The notes under the pieces: model-generated
What the model was told of the DNA's origin: nothing
Databases searched by the model: none
Seen by the model: only the letters and a program-made list of their open reading frames with translations
Assembly (NCBI GenBank): GCA_041664425.1
Contig: JBAYKU010000001.1
Span: forward strand, 29,272 to 93,271
DNA length: 64,000 bases
Source: Minisyncoccota bacterium
GTDB taxonomy: Bacteria; Patescibacteriota; Minisyncoccia; Phycocordibacterales; XYD1-FULL-46-19
Reading direction: 5' to 3'
Shown: positions 31,325 through 40,061 of the stretch, in pieces
Numbering within the stretch: the first letter of the stretch is position 1
How the letters are laid out: each line of letters begins with the position of its first letter
Made by a program: the position numbers and the translations under genes

Positions 31325-31696
31325 ATGATCCAAGACCGCTCAATCGTAAAAATTGCTGATAACACCGGTGCCAAGATCGGACGTATTTTCAAAGTACTCG
31401 GTGGTTCTAAGAAACGCTATGCTCGCATCGGCGAATTGGTAGTGCTTTCAGTCCAGACCGCTGAGCCTCGCAAGGCCACTAAAAAGAAAGATGTTGTCCA
31501 AGCGGTTGTTGTCCGTCAACGCGCTCCTTTCCGTCGCAAGGATGGTTCCTATATCCGCTTCGACGAGAACGCTGTCGTTATTATCGAAAAGGGTAAGAAG
31601 GATCCAAAGGGTGGTCGCATCTTTGGGCCGATTCCTCGAGAAATCGCGGAAAAGGGCTATCAGAAGATTGCCTCTTTAGCACCAGAAATTGTCTAA
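31325..31696 (+). CDS. rplN: 50S ribosomal protein L14
   Basis: MIQDRSIVKIADNTGAK. Confidence 0.9.
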   Translation: MIQDRSIVKIADNTGAKIGRIFKVLGGSKKRYARIGELVVLSVQTAEPRKATKKKDVVQAVVVRQRAPFRRKDGSYIRFDENAVVIIEKGKKDPKGGRIFGPIPREIAEKGYQKIASLAPEIV

Positions 31697-32006
31697 TACT
31701 ATGAATATCAAAAAAGGTGACAATGTAATAATGTTGACTGGCTCCGATAAAGGTAAAAAGGGGAAGGTTTTACGTGCTATCCCTAGTGAAGAGAAAATCT
31801 TGGTGGAAGGTATTAATGTCAAAAACAAACGCCAAAAGCCTCGCAAGCAGGGCGAGAAAGGTCAGACGATCGCTATGCCTCATCCAGTCCATGTTTCCAA
31901 TGCCGCTCTCTTTTGTAGCGCTTGTGGTAAGGGTGTTCGCTCTAAAGTTAAAATAACCAAAGACAAAAAGACCCGCGTTTGCGCCAAGTGTAGCAAAGAA
32001 CTCTAA
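31689..32006 (+). CDS. rplX: 50S ribosomal protein L24
   Basis: KKGDNVIMLTGSDKGKKGKV KOW motif. Confidence 0.85.
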   Translation: MSNTMNIKKGDNVIMLTGSDKGKKGKVLRAIPSEEKILVEGINVKNKRQKPRKQGEKGQTIAMPHPVHVSNAALFCSACGKGVRSKVKITKDKKTRVCAKCSKEL

Positions 32007-32021
32007 AATTAAATTAAAAAC

Positions 32022-32579
32022 ATGTCCTTCGTTTCAATTCAAAAGAAAATAGAAAAAGCCCAAAAGACTCTGAAAGAGGAGTTGGGTGTTAAGAATGTCA
32101 TGGCTTTGCCCAAGATTACTAAAGTGGTAATCAATTCTGGTACTGGTAAGGCTCGTGATAAAAAACGCAACGAACTAGTGTCTGATCGCTTGGCCAAGAT
32201 TGTTGGTCAAAAGCCCTCCGCTCGCGGTTCCAAAAAATCCATCGCTAGTTTTAAACTGCGCGAGGGTGAAGTGATTGGTTATGCCGCCACTTTGCGTGGA
32301 AAGCGAATGAATGATTTTCTCGATCGCTTGCTTAATGTTGTTTTTCCTCGTATCCGCGACTTCAAAGGTTTTGACTCTAAATGCATTGATGAACTCGGCA
32401 ACCTAACCGTCGGCATCAAGGAACACTCAGTCTTCCCAGAAACCGCCGATGAAGATATCAAAGATGTTTTTGGTATGGCTATCACTATTGTGACTACTGC
32501 CAAAGATAAGAAATCAGCCAAGCTCTTCTTTGAAGCTATTGGTTTTCCGTTTAAGAAGGCGGTTGTGGGTAAAAAGTAA
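32022..32579 (+). CDS. rplE: 50S ribosomal protein L5
   Basis: Conserved L5. Confidence 0.9.
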   Translation: MSFVSIQKKIEKAQKTLKEELGVKNVMALPKITKVVINSGTGKARDKKRNELVSDRLAKIVGQKPSARGSKKSIASFKLREGEVIGYAATLRGKRMNDFLDRLLNVVFPRIRDFKGFDSKCIDELGNLTVGIKEHSVFPETADEDIKDVFGMAITIVTTAKDKKSAKLFFEAIGFPFKKAVVGKK

Positions 32580-32580
32580 G

Positions 32581-32777
32581 TCGCTCGGATTAAAGAAATT
32601 TTCAGCTGACGCTTCATCCGACCAAAATTATAGTCGTCTCACGACGAAAAATGAAAAACTCCTCACAAACGCCTGCCAATCAGCAGGCGTTTGCTCGTCA
32701 AACAGTTTCATTTTTCTGCTCGACTCCTTAATTTTGGTCGGCTTCTCGCGATGCTGAAAATTTCTTTAATCCTCGCT
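32581..32777. repeat. 197-bp symmetric palindromic element made of conserved inverted blocks
   Basis: Centre at about 32680 (perfect hairpin aaacgcctgc-caatca-gcaggcgttt). Matching arm blocks: ggattaaagaaattttcagc, ccgaccaaaatta and aaaaatgaaa mirrored around the centre, separated by non-matching spacers. Confidence 0.6.
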
Positions 32778-32797
32778 TTGGTTGAAATGCTAGGCGA

Positions 32798-32858
32798 TAC
32801 CACTACGCCTGCCTGCGCAGGCAGGCAAGGGTTTTAAAATGTTTAAGCTTTCGTTCTC
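32798..32858. repeat. Second copy of the TACCACTACGC...AAGGGTTTTAAAATGTTTAAGCTTTCGTTC repeat, carrying the inserted palindrome CCTGCCTGCGCAGGCAGG
   Basis: Matches 20790-20835. Palindrome at 32809-32826. Confidence 0.5.
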
Positions 32859-32948
32859 TCAAATTTTCTCCAAACAAAAACCCAGTAGGACAGCTTGTGC
32901 TGACTACTGGGTGAACTCTTCGCGACAGATTTCTGTCGGAGGAGGTGG

Positions 32949-33278
32949 CTACTCTTGTTTGATAAATTCGATTCCATACTTCTTTTCCGTGGGTGATCCT
33001 TGGAAAATAGTAATGGAGTCAGTTACTATTGATTCCCGTTTTGTCGGTGGGACCCTTTCAAGCTTCTTTGCGTTAAAATCATCAATTGCCGCTGCAATCG
33101 ATAACATAAACGCAACTATAATCACTATGACAGAGATCGCCAGCGCTATCTCTAGATGACCAGTTTTTTTTCGAAGCTCCTCTGTTTTTTCCCAGAGCTC
33201 CTTTTTCTTCTGTCGCTCCTCTGCTGTTTCTTTCCAGGGGTCTTCTTTTTCTGTTTTCGACATTCTTCTCCCTTTCAA
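32949..33278 (-). CDS. Small membrane protein (charged N-terminus, one TM) encoded antisense within the spc operon gap
   Basis: 109-aa ORF with SD AAGGGAGAAG upstream and a consensus promoter on the minus strand. Confidence 0.55.
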   Translation of the reverse strand: MKGRRMSKTEKEDPWKETAEERQKKKELWEKTEELRKKTGHLEIALAISVIVIIVAFMLSIAAAIDDFNAKKLERVPPTKRESIVTDSITIFQGSPTEKKYGIEFIKQE

Positions 33279-33301
33279 AAGCAGAACCTTAGCTCTGCCG
33301 G

Positions 33302-33353
33302 TTGACTATCCATTTCTACCTAATATTATACACCTAATCGTATAAAAAGTCAA
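33302..33353. promoter_or_regulatory. Back-to-back overlapping promoters: plus strand TTGACT-N16-TATTAT (33302-33329) and minus strand TTGACT-N17-TATAAT (33325-33353) sharing the -10 region
   Basis: Hexamers read directly on both strands. The minus promoter drives the ORF at 33278. Confidence 0.4.
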
Positions 33354-33403
33354 TAGATAACAATCTTCATGTAACACTTTTGTGTCTTTAGAGGCCTAAA
33401 TCG

Positions 33404-33432
33404 TTGACATTAAGGCCTCTTCTTGATAGGAT
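33404..33432 (+). promoter_or_regulatory. Putative promoter TTGACA-N17-TAGGAT for rpsZ and the downstream spc genes
   Basis: Same hexamers as the rpsS promoter. Followed by a structured leader (33456-33540) with hairpins cccggtggaata/tattccacgggg and atggcgc/gcgccat. Confidence 0.4.
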
Positions 33433-33641
33433 AGCACCAGCTCGTTTGAGCCCCGCCCGGTGGAATATGGCGCTTCTAGGCGCCATAAAATCGCTAGGTC
33501 AAACGATTTTATTCCACGGGGTAAAATATTTACTTGCCCGCCTAAATTTCCCTCGTGTAAATGAGGTAAACAGAGGGAGGACAAAATCATTTTATTAGTC
33601 AGGTATATCAATTCTACCGAGGGAAACTTTGGTGGGTAAAC

Positions 33642-33827
33642 ATGGCAAAAAAATCAGTCATCGCTCGTGCTCAAAAGACCCCGAAGTTTGCTTCGCGGGT
33701 TGTTCGTCGCTGTTTCCGCTGCGGACGTAAGCATGGCTATATGAGAGATTTTAATCTTTGCCGTATCTGTTTCCGTGAATTGGCCAATGATGGCAAAGTT
33801 CCGGGTATTCGAAAATCTTCATGGTAA
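33642..33827 (+). CDS. rpsZ: 30S ribosomal protein S14, type Z (zinc-binding)
   Basis: [23 protein letters not shown]. 61 aa. Confidence 0.85.
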   Translation: MAKKSVIARAQKTPKFASRVVRRCFRCGRKHGYMRDFNLCRICFRELANDGKVPGIRKSSW

Positions 33828-34219
33828 GCGATCCTATTTCCAACATGCTGATCACCATTAAAAATGGTGCCAAAGTCGGTAAAGAAACCGTCGTTTTTCC
33901 TTGTTCTAAAATTAAATACGAAATTGCTACCTTGCTCGAACGTGAAGGTTATATCAAAAACGTCAACAAGCGTGGCAAGAAGGTTAAGAAGTTTATTGCT
34001 TGCGATATCGTTTACGGTACTGATGGCAAGACTGCCAAATTGACCGATTTGAAGCGCATCTCCAAACCTTCCCGCCGAGTCTACCGCAAGGCTGATGAAA
34101 TTGCCCCTGTCCGTAACGGTTTCGGTATCGCCGTCATTTCTACTCCTAAAGGTTTAATGACTGGCAAGGATGCTTACAAACAAAAAGTCGGAGGCGAATT
34201 AATGTTCCAAATCTGGTAA
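33821..34219 (+). CDS. rpsH: 30S ribosomal protein S8
   Basis: [16 protein letters not shown]. Confidence 0.9.
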   Translation: MVSDPISNMLITIKNGAKVGKETVVFPCSKIKYEIATLLEREGYIKNVNKRGKKVKKFIACDIVYGTDGKTAKLTDLKRISKPSRRVYRKADEIAPVRNGFGIAVISTPKGLMTGKDAYKQKVGGELMFQIW

Positions 34220-34224
34220 AAAAT

Positions 34225-34767
34225 ATGTCACGTATCGGCAAACAAATCATCACTATTCCTGAAAAAGTTGAAGTCAAACTCAACGATGGCTTTTTGACTG
34301 TCAAAGGTCCTCTCGGTGAAATCACTCGGGCTTTTAAACCACAGATTGTGATCACTATTGATCAAGAAGCTAAAACTATTAGCTTGGCTCCGGCTGAAGT
34401 GACTGTTGCTAACCGAGCTTTGTGGGGGACTTACGGTTCTCATCTCGCTAACATGATTGAGGGTGTGACCAAGGGTTATATCAAAGACTTAACAGTGGAA
34501 GGTGTTGGTTATCGTTATGCGGTGGCTGGCAACAAAGTGGTGCTTAATATTGGCTTCTCTCATCCAGTGGAAGTTGAAATTCCGGTTGGTTTGAAGGTTG
34601 AGATAACTAAGGCTGATATGAAGATTTCTGGTTTTGATAAAGAAGTGGTTGGTAGTTTTGCTTCCAAGATTCGCTCTCTCAAACCGGTTGAACCTTATAA
34701 GGGTAAAGGTATCCGTTACGTCGGGGAACATGTCCGTCGCAAGCAGGGTAAGAAAACTGCCGCTTAA
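34225..34767 (+). CDS. rplF: 50S ribosomal protein L6
   Basis: Conserved L6. Confidence 0.9.
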   Translation: MSRIGKQIITIPEKVEVKLNDGFLTVKGPLGEITRAFKPQIVITIDQEAKTISLAPAEVTVANRALWGTYGSHLANMIEGVTKGYIKDLTVEGVGYRYAVAGNKVVLNIGFSHPVEVEIPVGLKVEITKADMKISGFDKEVVGSFASKIRSLKPVEPYKGKGIRYVGEHVRRKQGKKTAA

Positions 34768-34772
34768 AATCT

Positions 34773-35129
34773 ATGAATAACAAACTGATCCAAAAAGAAC
34801 GTCGCCATCGCCGAGTCCGGAGTAAAGTTTCTGGGACTGTTGAGCGTCCACGCTTGGTGGTCTATCGTTCTAATCGTTTTATTTATGCTCAGTTGATTGA
34901 CGATCGCGCCGGCAAGACTTTGGCGGCGGTTAGTGATCTCAAGGTGGCTAACAAAAAAAGCGATAAATTTGTCAAAGTTACCAAGGCGACAGAAGTCGGC
35001 AAGCAGATCGCTGTGGCGGCCAAAGGTTTGGGTATCTCCAAAGTAGTTTTTGATCGTGGTGGTTATCGTTTCACTGGTCGGGTCAAAGCTGTCGCTGAAG
35101 GGGCTCGTGAAGGTGGTCTAATCTTTTAA
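34773..35129 (+). CDS. rplR: 50S ribosomal protein L18
   Basis: Conserved L18. Confidence 0.9.
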   Translation: MNNKLIQKERRHRRVRSKVSGTVERPRLVVYRSNRFIYAQLIDDRAGKTLAAVSDLKVANKKSDKFVKVTKATEVGKQIAVAAKGLGISKVVFDRGGYRFTGRVKAVAEGAREGGLIF

Positions 35130-35135
35130 TATTAT

Positions 35136-35723
35136 ATGGAAACTCCTACCAACAAAACTAATTCAACTACTCCTCGTGGCAACCGTACTACTGGTCCTGG
35201 TGCTAATCGCAGTGGCCGTCCTGGTCAGGGTGGTCCTCGTCGTGATGGCCGTGGCGGTCGTGGTGGTCGCCCTACTGAGAGAGTCAAGCCTGAGTATGAT
35301 CACAAAGTGATTGATATTCGCCGTGTGGCCCGTGTGGTTTCTGGTGGACGCCGTTTTAGTTTCTCAGTAGTTTTGGTGGCTGGTAATAAAAAGGGGAAGG
35401 TGGGTGTCGGCATCGGTAAGGCCGGAGATACCTCTTTGGCTATTAGCAAGGCGATGAACAATGCCATCAAAAACATGATTGTCGTCTCAACCACTAAAAC
35501 CAATTCTATTGCTCATGAAGTAGAAGCCAAGTTTGGTTCATCTCGCGTGATGATTAAACCAGCTCCGGCTCACGGTCTCGTGGCTGGCTCGGCTACTCGT
35601 ATTGTTTTGGAATTGGCTGGTATCCACGATGTTAATGCCAAAGTTTTGTCCAAGAGCAAGAATAAATTGAACTTGGCTCGTACTACTATCCTGGCCTTGT
35701 CTAAATTGCCTAAGTCTAAATAA
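35136..35723 (+). CDS. rpsE: 30S ribosomal protein S5 with a Gly/Arg-rich N-terminal extension
   Basis: Conserved S5 core after the GRGGRGG region. Confidence 0.9.
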   Translation: METPTNKTNSTTPRGNRTTGPGANRSGRPGQGGPRRDGRGGRGGRPTERVKPEYDHKVIDIRRVARVVSGGRRFSFSVVLVAGNKKGKVGVGIGKAGDTSLAISKAMNNAIKNMIVVSTTKTNSIAHEVEAKFGSSRVMIKPAPAHGLVAGSATRIVLELAGIHDVNAKVLSKSKNKLNLARTTILALSKLPKSK

Positions 35724-35728
35724 AAAAT

Positions 35729-36160
35729 ATGCAGATTCACGAATTAAAACCAAAGACTAAACTTAAGAAGCGCCGACAAATCGGTCGCGGTGGTAAACGT
35801 GGTACAACTGCTGGTCGCGGTACCAAGGGTCAAAAGGCTCGCGCCGGTCGCAAGCTCCGCCCAGAATTGCGCGATATCATCAAGAAGCTGCCAAAATTGC
35901 GCGGTTACCGTTTTGCTTCTTTTGCTGAGACAGCTTTGCCAGTCAACTTAGCTATCATTGATAAAAAGTATGTGGCTGGTGAAGAAGTGACCGCCATGAC
36001 TCTTTTGGAAAAGGGTTTGATTGGTTCGCGCAAAGGTAAGATGCCACGAGTCAAAATTTTGGCGACTGGTACTTTGACCAAGGGTTTGACTTTCAACGGC
36101 TTGTTGATGTCTGAAGCCGCCAAGGCCAAGATTGAACAAGTGGGTGGTAAAGTGATTTAA
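35729..36160 (+). CDS. rplO: 50S ribosomal protein L15. It directly follows S5, with no L30 gene between them.
   Basis: Conserved L15. Only 5 nt separate it from the rpsE stop. Confidence 0.9.
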   Translation: MQIHELKPKTKLKKRRQIGRGGKRGTTAGRGTKGQKARAGRKLRPELRDIIKKLPKLRGYRFASFAETALPVNLAIIDKKYVAGEEVTAMTLLEKGLIGSRKGKMPRVKILATGTLTKGLTFNGLLMSEAAKAKIEQVGGKVI

Positions 36161-36214
36161 AGACTGTTGATTAACAATTAGATATTTTTAGGTCTCTCGT
36201 TGATAATTTATCTT

Positions 36215-37486
36215 ATGAACGCTTTCTTAACTAAAGTAAAACTAACTCTAGAAGACGCCAATCTTCGACGTCGGATTTTGTTTGTGGTGGGTATTTTGGC
36301 CATCACTCGTCTGGGAGCCGCTATCCCAATGCCAGGTGTTGATAAATTGCAATTAGAGCGAGCTTTTGCGGGTGATCAATTTTTAGGCTTTTTGAATATT
36401 TTTTCTGGTGGCGGTCTGTCTAACCTATCTATTTTTATGTTGGGTGTCGGTCCGTTTATTACGGCTTCGATTATTATGCAGTTGATGACTTTGATCTTTC
36501 CTTCTCTCAAACAAATGTATCATGAGGATGGGGAAGCCGGTCGTCGTAAGGTGGCTCAGTATTCCCGTCTAATGGCCGTACCACTAGCAGCTTTTCAGGC
36601 TATTGGTTTGATGGTTTTGCTTAATGGCAAGGGGGTGCTTTTACCGATGAGCGGCATGGATAAATTGATCAGTTTGATTGTGGTCATTGCCGGCTCCTTA
36701 CTTTTGATGTGGTTGGGCGAATTAATCTCAGAGTACGGTATTGGTAACGGTGTTTCTTTGATTATCTTTGCTGGTATCGTCTCACGAGTTCCAGCGGTGA
36801 CTTCACAACTTTATACCACTTTTGAAAGTACTCAGATTCCACTTTATCTCGGTGTTGGGGCGGTGGCCTTGATTGCTTTGGCGGCGGTAGTTTTTATTAC
36901 CGAATCAGAGAGACCTATTCCAGTTACTTATGCCAAGCGGGTGCGGGGCATGAAGGTCTATGGTGGAGCTTCAACTTATCTACCAATTAGAGTCAACAAT
37001 GCCGGTGTTATGCCAATCATCTTCGCCATGTCGATTTTGCTGTTTCCACAGATGATCGCCAACTTTTTGGCCGGCACTACTCAGCCTATTCTCAAAACGA
37101 TTGCTGGTTTTATGACCGCCTTTCTGAATCAAACTTGGCTATATGGCTCCTTCTACTTTATTTTAGTGGTGGCTTTTACCTATTTTTATTCAGCTGTCAC
37201 TTTTGATCCGGAAGCCATCTCGACCAACTTACAGAAAAACGGTGCTTTTATCCCTGGGGTGCGTCCTGGTCATTCGACCGCTGTCTATATTTCCAGAATT
37301 TTGACTCGTTTGACTCTGGTGGGAGCGACATTCTTGGGGGTGGTGGCCTTGATGCCAATCATCTTGCAGTCGGCTACCAATATGAGTTCGTTGGCTGTCG
37401 GCGGTACTAGTCTTTTGATTGTCGTGTCGGTCGCTCTCGATTTCATCAAACAGATTGATGCTCAGATCTCAATGAGAGAATACTAG
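36215..37486 (+). CDS. secY: Preprotein translocase SecY
   Basis: Ten-TM SecY. ATG at 36215 preferred over the TTG at 36200. Confidence 0.9.
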   Translation: MNAFLTKVKLTLEDANLRRRILFVVGILAITRLGAAIPMPGVDKLQLERAFAGDQFLGFLNIFSGGGLSNLSIFMLGVGPFITASIIMQLMTLIFPSLKQMYHEDGEAGRRKVAQYSRLMAVPLAAFQAIGLMVLLNGKGVLLPMSGMDKLISLIVVIAGSLLLMWLGELISEYGIGNGVSLIIFAGIVSRVPAVTSQLYTTFESTQIPLYLGVGAVALIALAAVVFITESERPIPVTYAKRVRGMKVYGGASTYLPIRVNNAGVMPIIFAMSILLFPQMIANFLAGTTQPILKTIAGFMTAFLNQTWLYGSFYFILVVAFTYFYSAVTFDPEAISTNLQKNGAFIPGVRPGHSTAVYISRILTRLTLVGATFLGVVALMPIILQSATNMSSLAVGGTSLLIVVSVALDFIKQIDAQISMREY

Positions 37487-37510
37487 AATTTTTTTCTAAA
37501 TAACCTAAAA

Positions 37511-37548
37511 AATAATGGCCTATTCCTGAGAATAGGCCATTATTTTGA
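37511..37548 (+). terminator. Terminator after secY
   Basis: aataatggcctattc-ctga-gaataggccattatt followed by ttg. Confidence 0.55.
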
Positions 37549-37690
37549 AATTTAAGTTATACTAATACGTACTAGGTTTTAGCGATTAAAATATAAAACA
37601 GGTTTTGTGCTCACATCCTCGCAGCAGAGCTGTCGAGGTATTCAGACAAAGCACTCTAATAAAATTAATTAGTTTATTTAATCAAAGCTT

Positions 37691-39340
37691 ATGAAAATCT
37701 ACCGTCAGTTTAAAAGTTATTTTATTGCTCATAAAATAATTGGCACCATTATTTTGTTGGTGGTCGCTATTGGGGTTTATTACAGTTACAACTATTTTTT
37801 TGGAGCTTCTAATCAGACAACTTACTTAGTAGCTCAAGTTGAAAAGGGGACGATTGTCACAGCGGTTTCTGGTAGTGGCCAAGTCTCCGCCAAAAGTCAG
37901 ATTGATATTAAACCCAAAGCTTCTGGTGAGGTTATTTATATTGGGGCTAAAGCGGGTGATCACGTTTCGGCCGGTCAACTTATTGTCCAGCTGGATGCTC
38001 GTGACGCCCAGATTTCTCTCCAAAGCGCTCAGTTGAGTTTAGAAAAAATGAAGGCTGGTGCCGTTAGTGATAGTAGTGGTTCCTCTAAAAACTACGAAGA
38101 AGCCCTAAATAACATCAACAAGACCTTTATTGATATTCCAATAGTTTTTAGTGATTTAAATCTTATTCTTAACAATTATTCTGTTTCTACTTATAAAAAT
38201 AATTTACCAGATAATACTGCTAGAAATTATTTGGCGATAGCATCGGCTGGTTATTATCAGGCTAATCAGGCTTATGAAAAAACCCTGGCTGATTATCGAA
38301 ATATCAATAACGATTTTTCTGATGCCAATGTGGCTAGTCTTTTGTCCAAGACCTATATCATGCTCAAACAATTATCTCTAGCTACTAAACAGGCCAACAC
38401 TTTTGTTTCCTATGTTTATGATAATACCAAATCAGTCGATCGCTCTACTAGTTTAATTAGTGATCGTTCCGATCTCGAAAGCTGGACCCAGACGGTTGAC
38501 TCCGATTTATCTACCTTGGGTAGTAGCCGTAATACGATCAAGAGTGCCACTATAGATATTGAGGCTCAAAAATTGACAGTTATTCAGAGGGAAAATGATT
38601 ATGCTGATTATTTTGTTCGGGCTCCTTTTGATGGGGTTATCGGCAAATTAGATGTGATGATGGCCGACACTCTTAGCTCTGGTGGTAGTATTGGGACTTT
38701 TGTTTCTAACCAAAAGATGGCCGAAATTACTCTCAATGAAGTAGATATTTCTCAGGTTAAAGTTGGACAAAAAGCGACTTTGACTTTTGATGCGATTGAA
38801 GATTTTAGTCTAACTGGCACAGTAGCCGAAGTTGACACTGTGGGCACGGTTTCTTCCGGAGTTGTTTCTTATGGCGTAAAAATTAGTTTTGATACTCAGG
38901 ATAACCGTGTCCTGCCAGGAATGAGTGTTAGTGCTAGTATTGCTACTAATATCAAACAAGATGTTTTGGTGGTACCCAATAGTGCCATTAAAACAGCTAA
39001 TGGCGCCGACACTGTCTCCTTGGCTCCAAGCGACACTGCGGTGACTGATGAAAATAGTAATGTTGGTGTCGCTATCGTCGGGACTACAACCACTCAAAAT
39101 ATTACCATTGGCTCTTCTGATGATACCAATACCGAAGTCCTGACTGGTTTGAAGGAGGGGGACAAGGTAATTATTAAGACGATTGTTTCTTCCGCGACTA
39201 AAACTTCAGCGCCAAGTATCTTTAGTGCGGCTGGGGTTAATAATAAGGGTGGTAGTACTACTAATAGGACTAGTAGCTCCAATGCTGGTGCGGCTAGAAC
39301 CAATACATCGGGTGCTAGTGGGCGAGTTCCAGGAATATAA
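37691..39340 (+). CDS. HlyD/MacA-family periplasmic adaptor (membrane fusion protein) with a Ser/Thr-rich C-terminal tail
   Basis: N-terminal TM, then biotinyl-lipoyl-like and beta-barrel MFP segments. Confidence 0.7.
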   Translation: MKIYRQFKSYFIAHKIIGTIILLVVAIGVYYSYNYFFGASNQTTYLVAQVEKGTIVTAVSGSGQVSAKSQIDIKPKASGEVIYIGAKAGDHVSAGQLIVQLDARDAQISLQSAQLSLEKMKAGAVSDSSGSSKNYEEALNNINKTFIDIPIVFSDLNLILNNYSVSTYKNNLPDNTARNYLAIASAGYYQANQAYEKTLADYRNINNDFSDANVASLLSKTYIMLKQLSLATKQANTFVSYVYDNTKSVDRSTSLISDRSDLESWTQTVDSDLSTLGSSRNTIKSATIDIEAQKLTVIQRENDYADYFVRAPFDGVIGKLDVMMADTLSSGGSIGTFVSNQKMAEITLNEVDISQVKVGQKATLTFDAIEDFSLTGTVAEVDTVGTVSSGVVSYGVKISFDTQDNRVLPGMSVSASIATNIKQDVLVVPNSAIKTANGADTVSLAPSDTAVTDENSNVGVAIVGTTTTQNITIGSSDDTNTEVLTGLKEGDKVIIKTIVSSATKTSAPSIFSAAGVNNKGGSTTNRTSSSNAGAARTNTSGASGRVPGI

Positions 39341-39344
39341 AAAA

Positions 39345-40058
39345 ATGATTGAAGTAAAAAACCTATCAAAAACTTACCAGACTGGTGATATCAGTTTTGA
39401 CGCTCTCAAAGATGTCAGTTTTAAAATCGAGGATGGTGAATTCGTGGCGATTATGGGTCCATCTGGCTCTGGTAAATCAACCCTGATGCATATTTTGGGT
39501 GCGCTTGATACTCCGACTGGTGGTAGTTACTTTTTGGATGGTAAGGATGTATCAAAAATGTCAGAGGATTCTTTGGCGGATATTAGACGTGATAAGATCG
39601 GTTTCGTTTTTCAGTCTTTCAATCTTTTACCCAGAACTACTGTAATGCGCAATGTTATGTTGCCTTTGATTTATGCCAATGTTGACCCTCAAGAAAGGGA
39701 GAAACGGGCTCGCGAGGCCTTGTTATCGGCAGGTATGGATGAAGATCATTTTGTCCATCGTTCTAACCAGCTTTCAGGTGGTCAAATTCAACGAGTGGCA
39801 ATCGCTCGAGCCTTGGTCAATAACCCCTCTCTTATTTTGGCTGATGAACCGACAGGCAACCTCGATACCAAGACTGGAGAAATTGTTCTCGGTACTTTTC
39901 AAAGACTCAATGAAGAACAAGGGAAAACTATTATTTTAATTACTCATGAACGGGAAGTGGCTGAACACGCCGATCGAATTATTTTTATCCGTGATGGTAA
40001 ACTGATCGAAGATCATCGTCAGCATCAGAAAAGAATCATCCATAAAAAAGAAAAATAA
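39345..40058 (+). CDS. ABC transporter ATP-binding protein (MacB/LolD family)
   Basis: GPSGSGKST Walker A, LSGGQIQR signature, ILADEPTGNLD Walker B. Start taken at ATG 39345, just after the upstream stop. Confidence 0.85.
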   Translation: MIEVKNLSKTYQTGDISFDALKDVSFKIEDGEFVAIMGPSGSGKSTLMHILGALDTPTGGSYFLDGKDVSKMSEDSLADIRRDKIGFVFQSFNLLPRTTVMRNVMLPLIYANVDPQEREKRAREALLSAGMDEDHFVHRSNQLSGGQIQRVAIARALVNNPSLILADEPTGNLDTKTGEIVLGTFQRLNEEQGKTIILITHEREVAEHADRIIFIRDGKLIEDHRQHQKRIIHKKEK

Positions 40059-40061
40059 TTT

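Noticed and set aside
32839-33159. 106-aa plus-strand ORF overlapping the antisense membrane-protein gene
   Set aside because: The minus-strand ORF has a consensus promoter, an SD and a TM/charge architecture. The plus-strand ORF has none of these, so it was treated as a shadow ORF.
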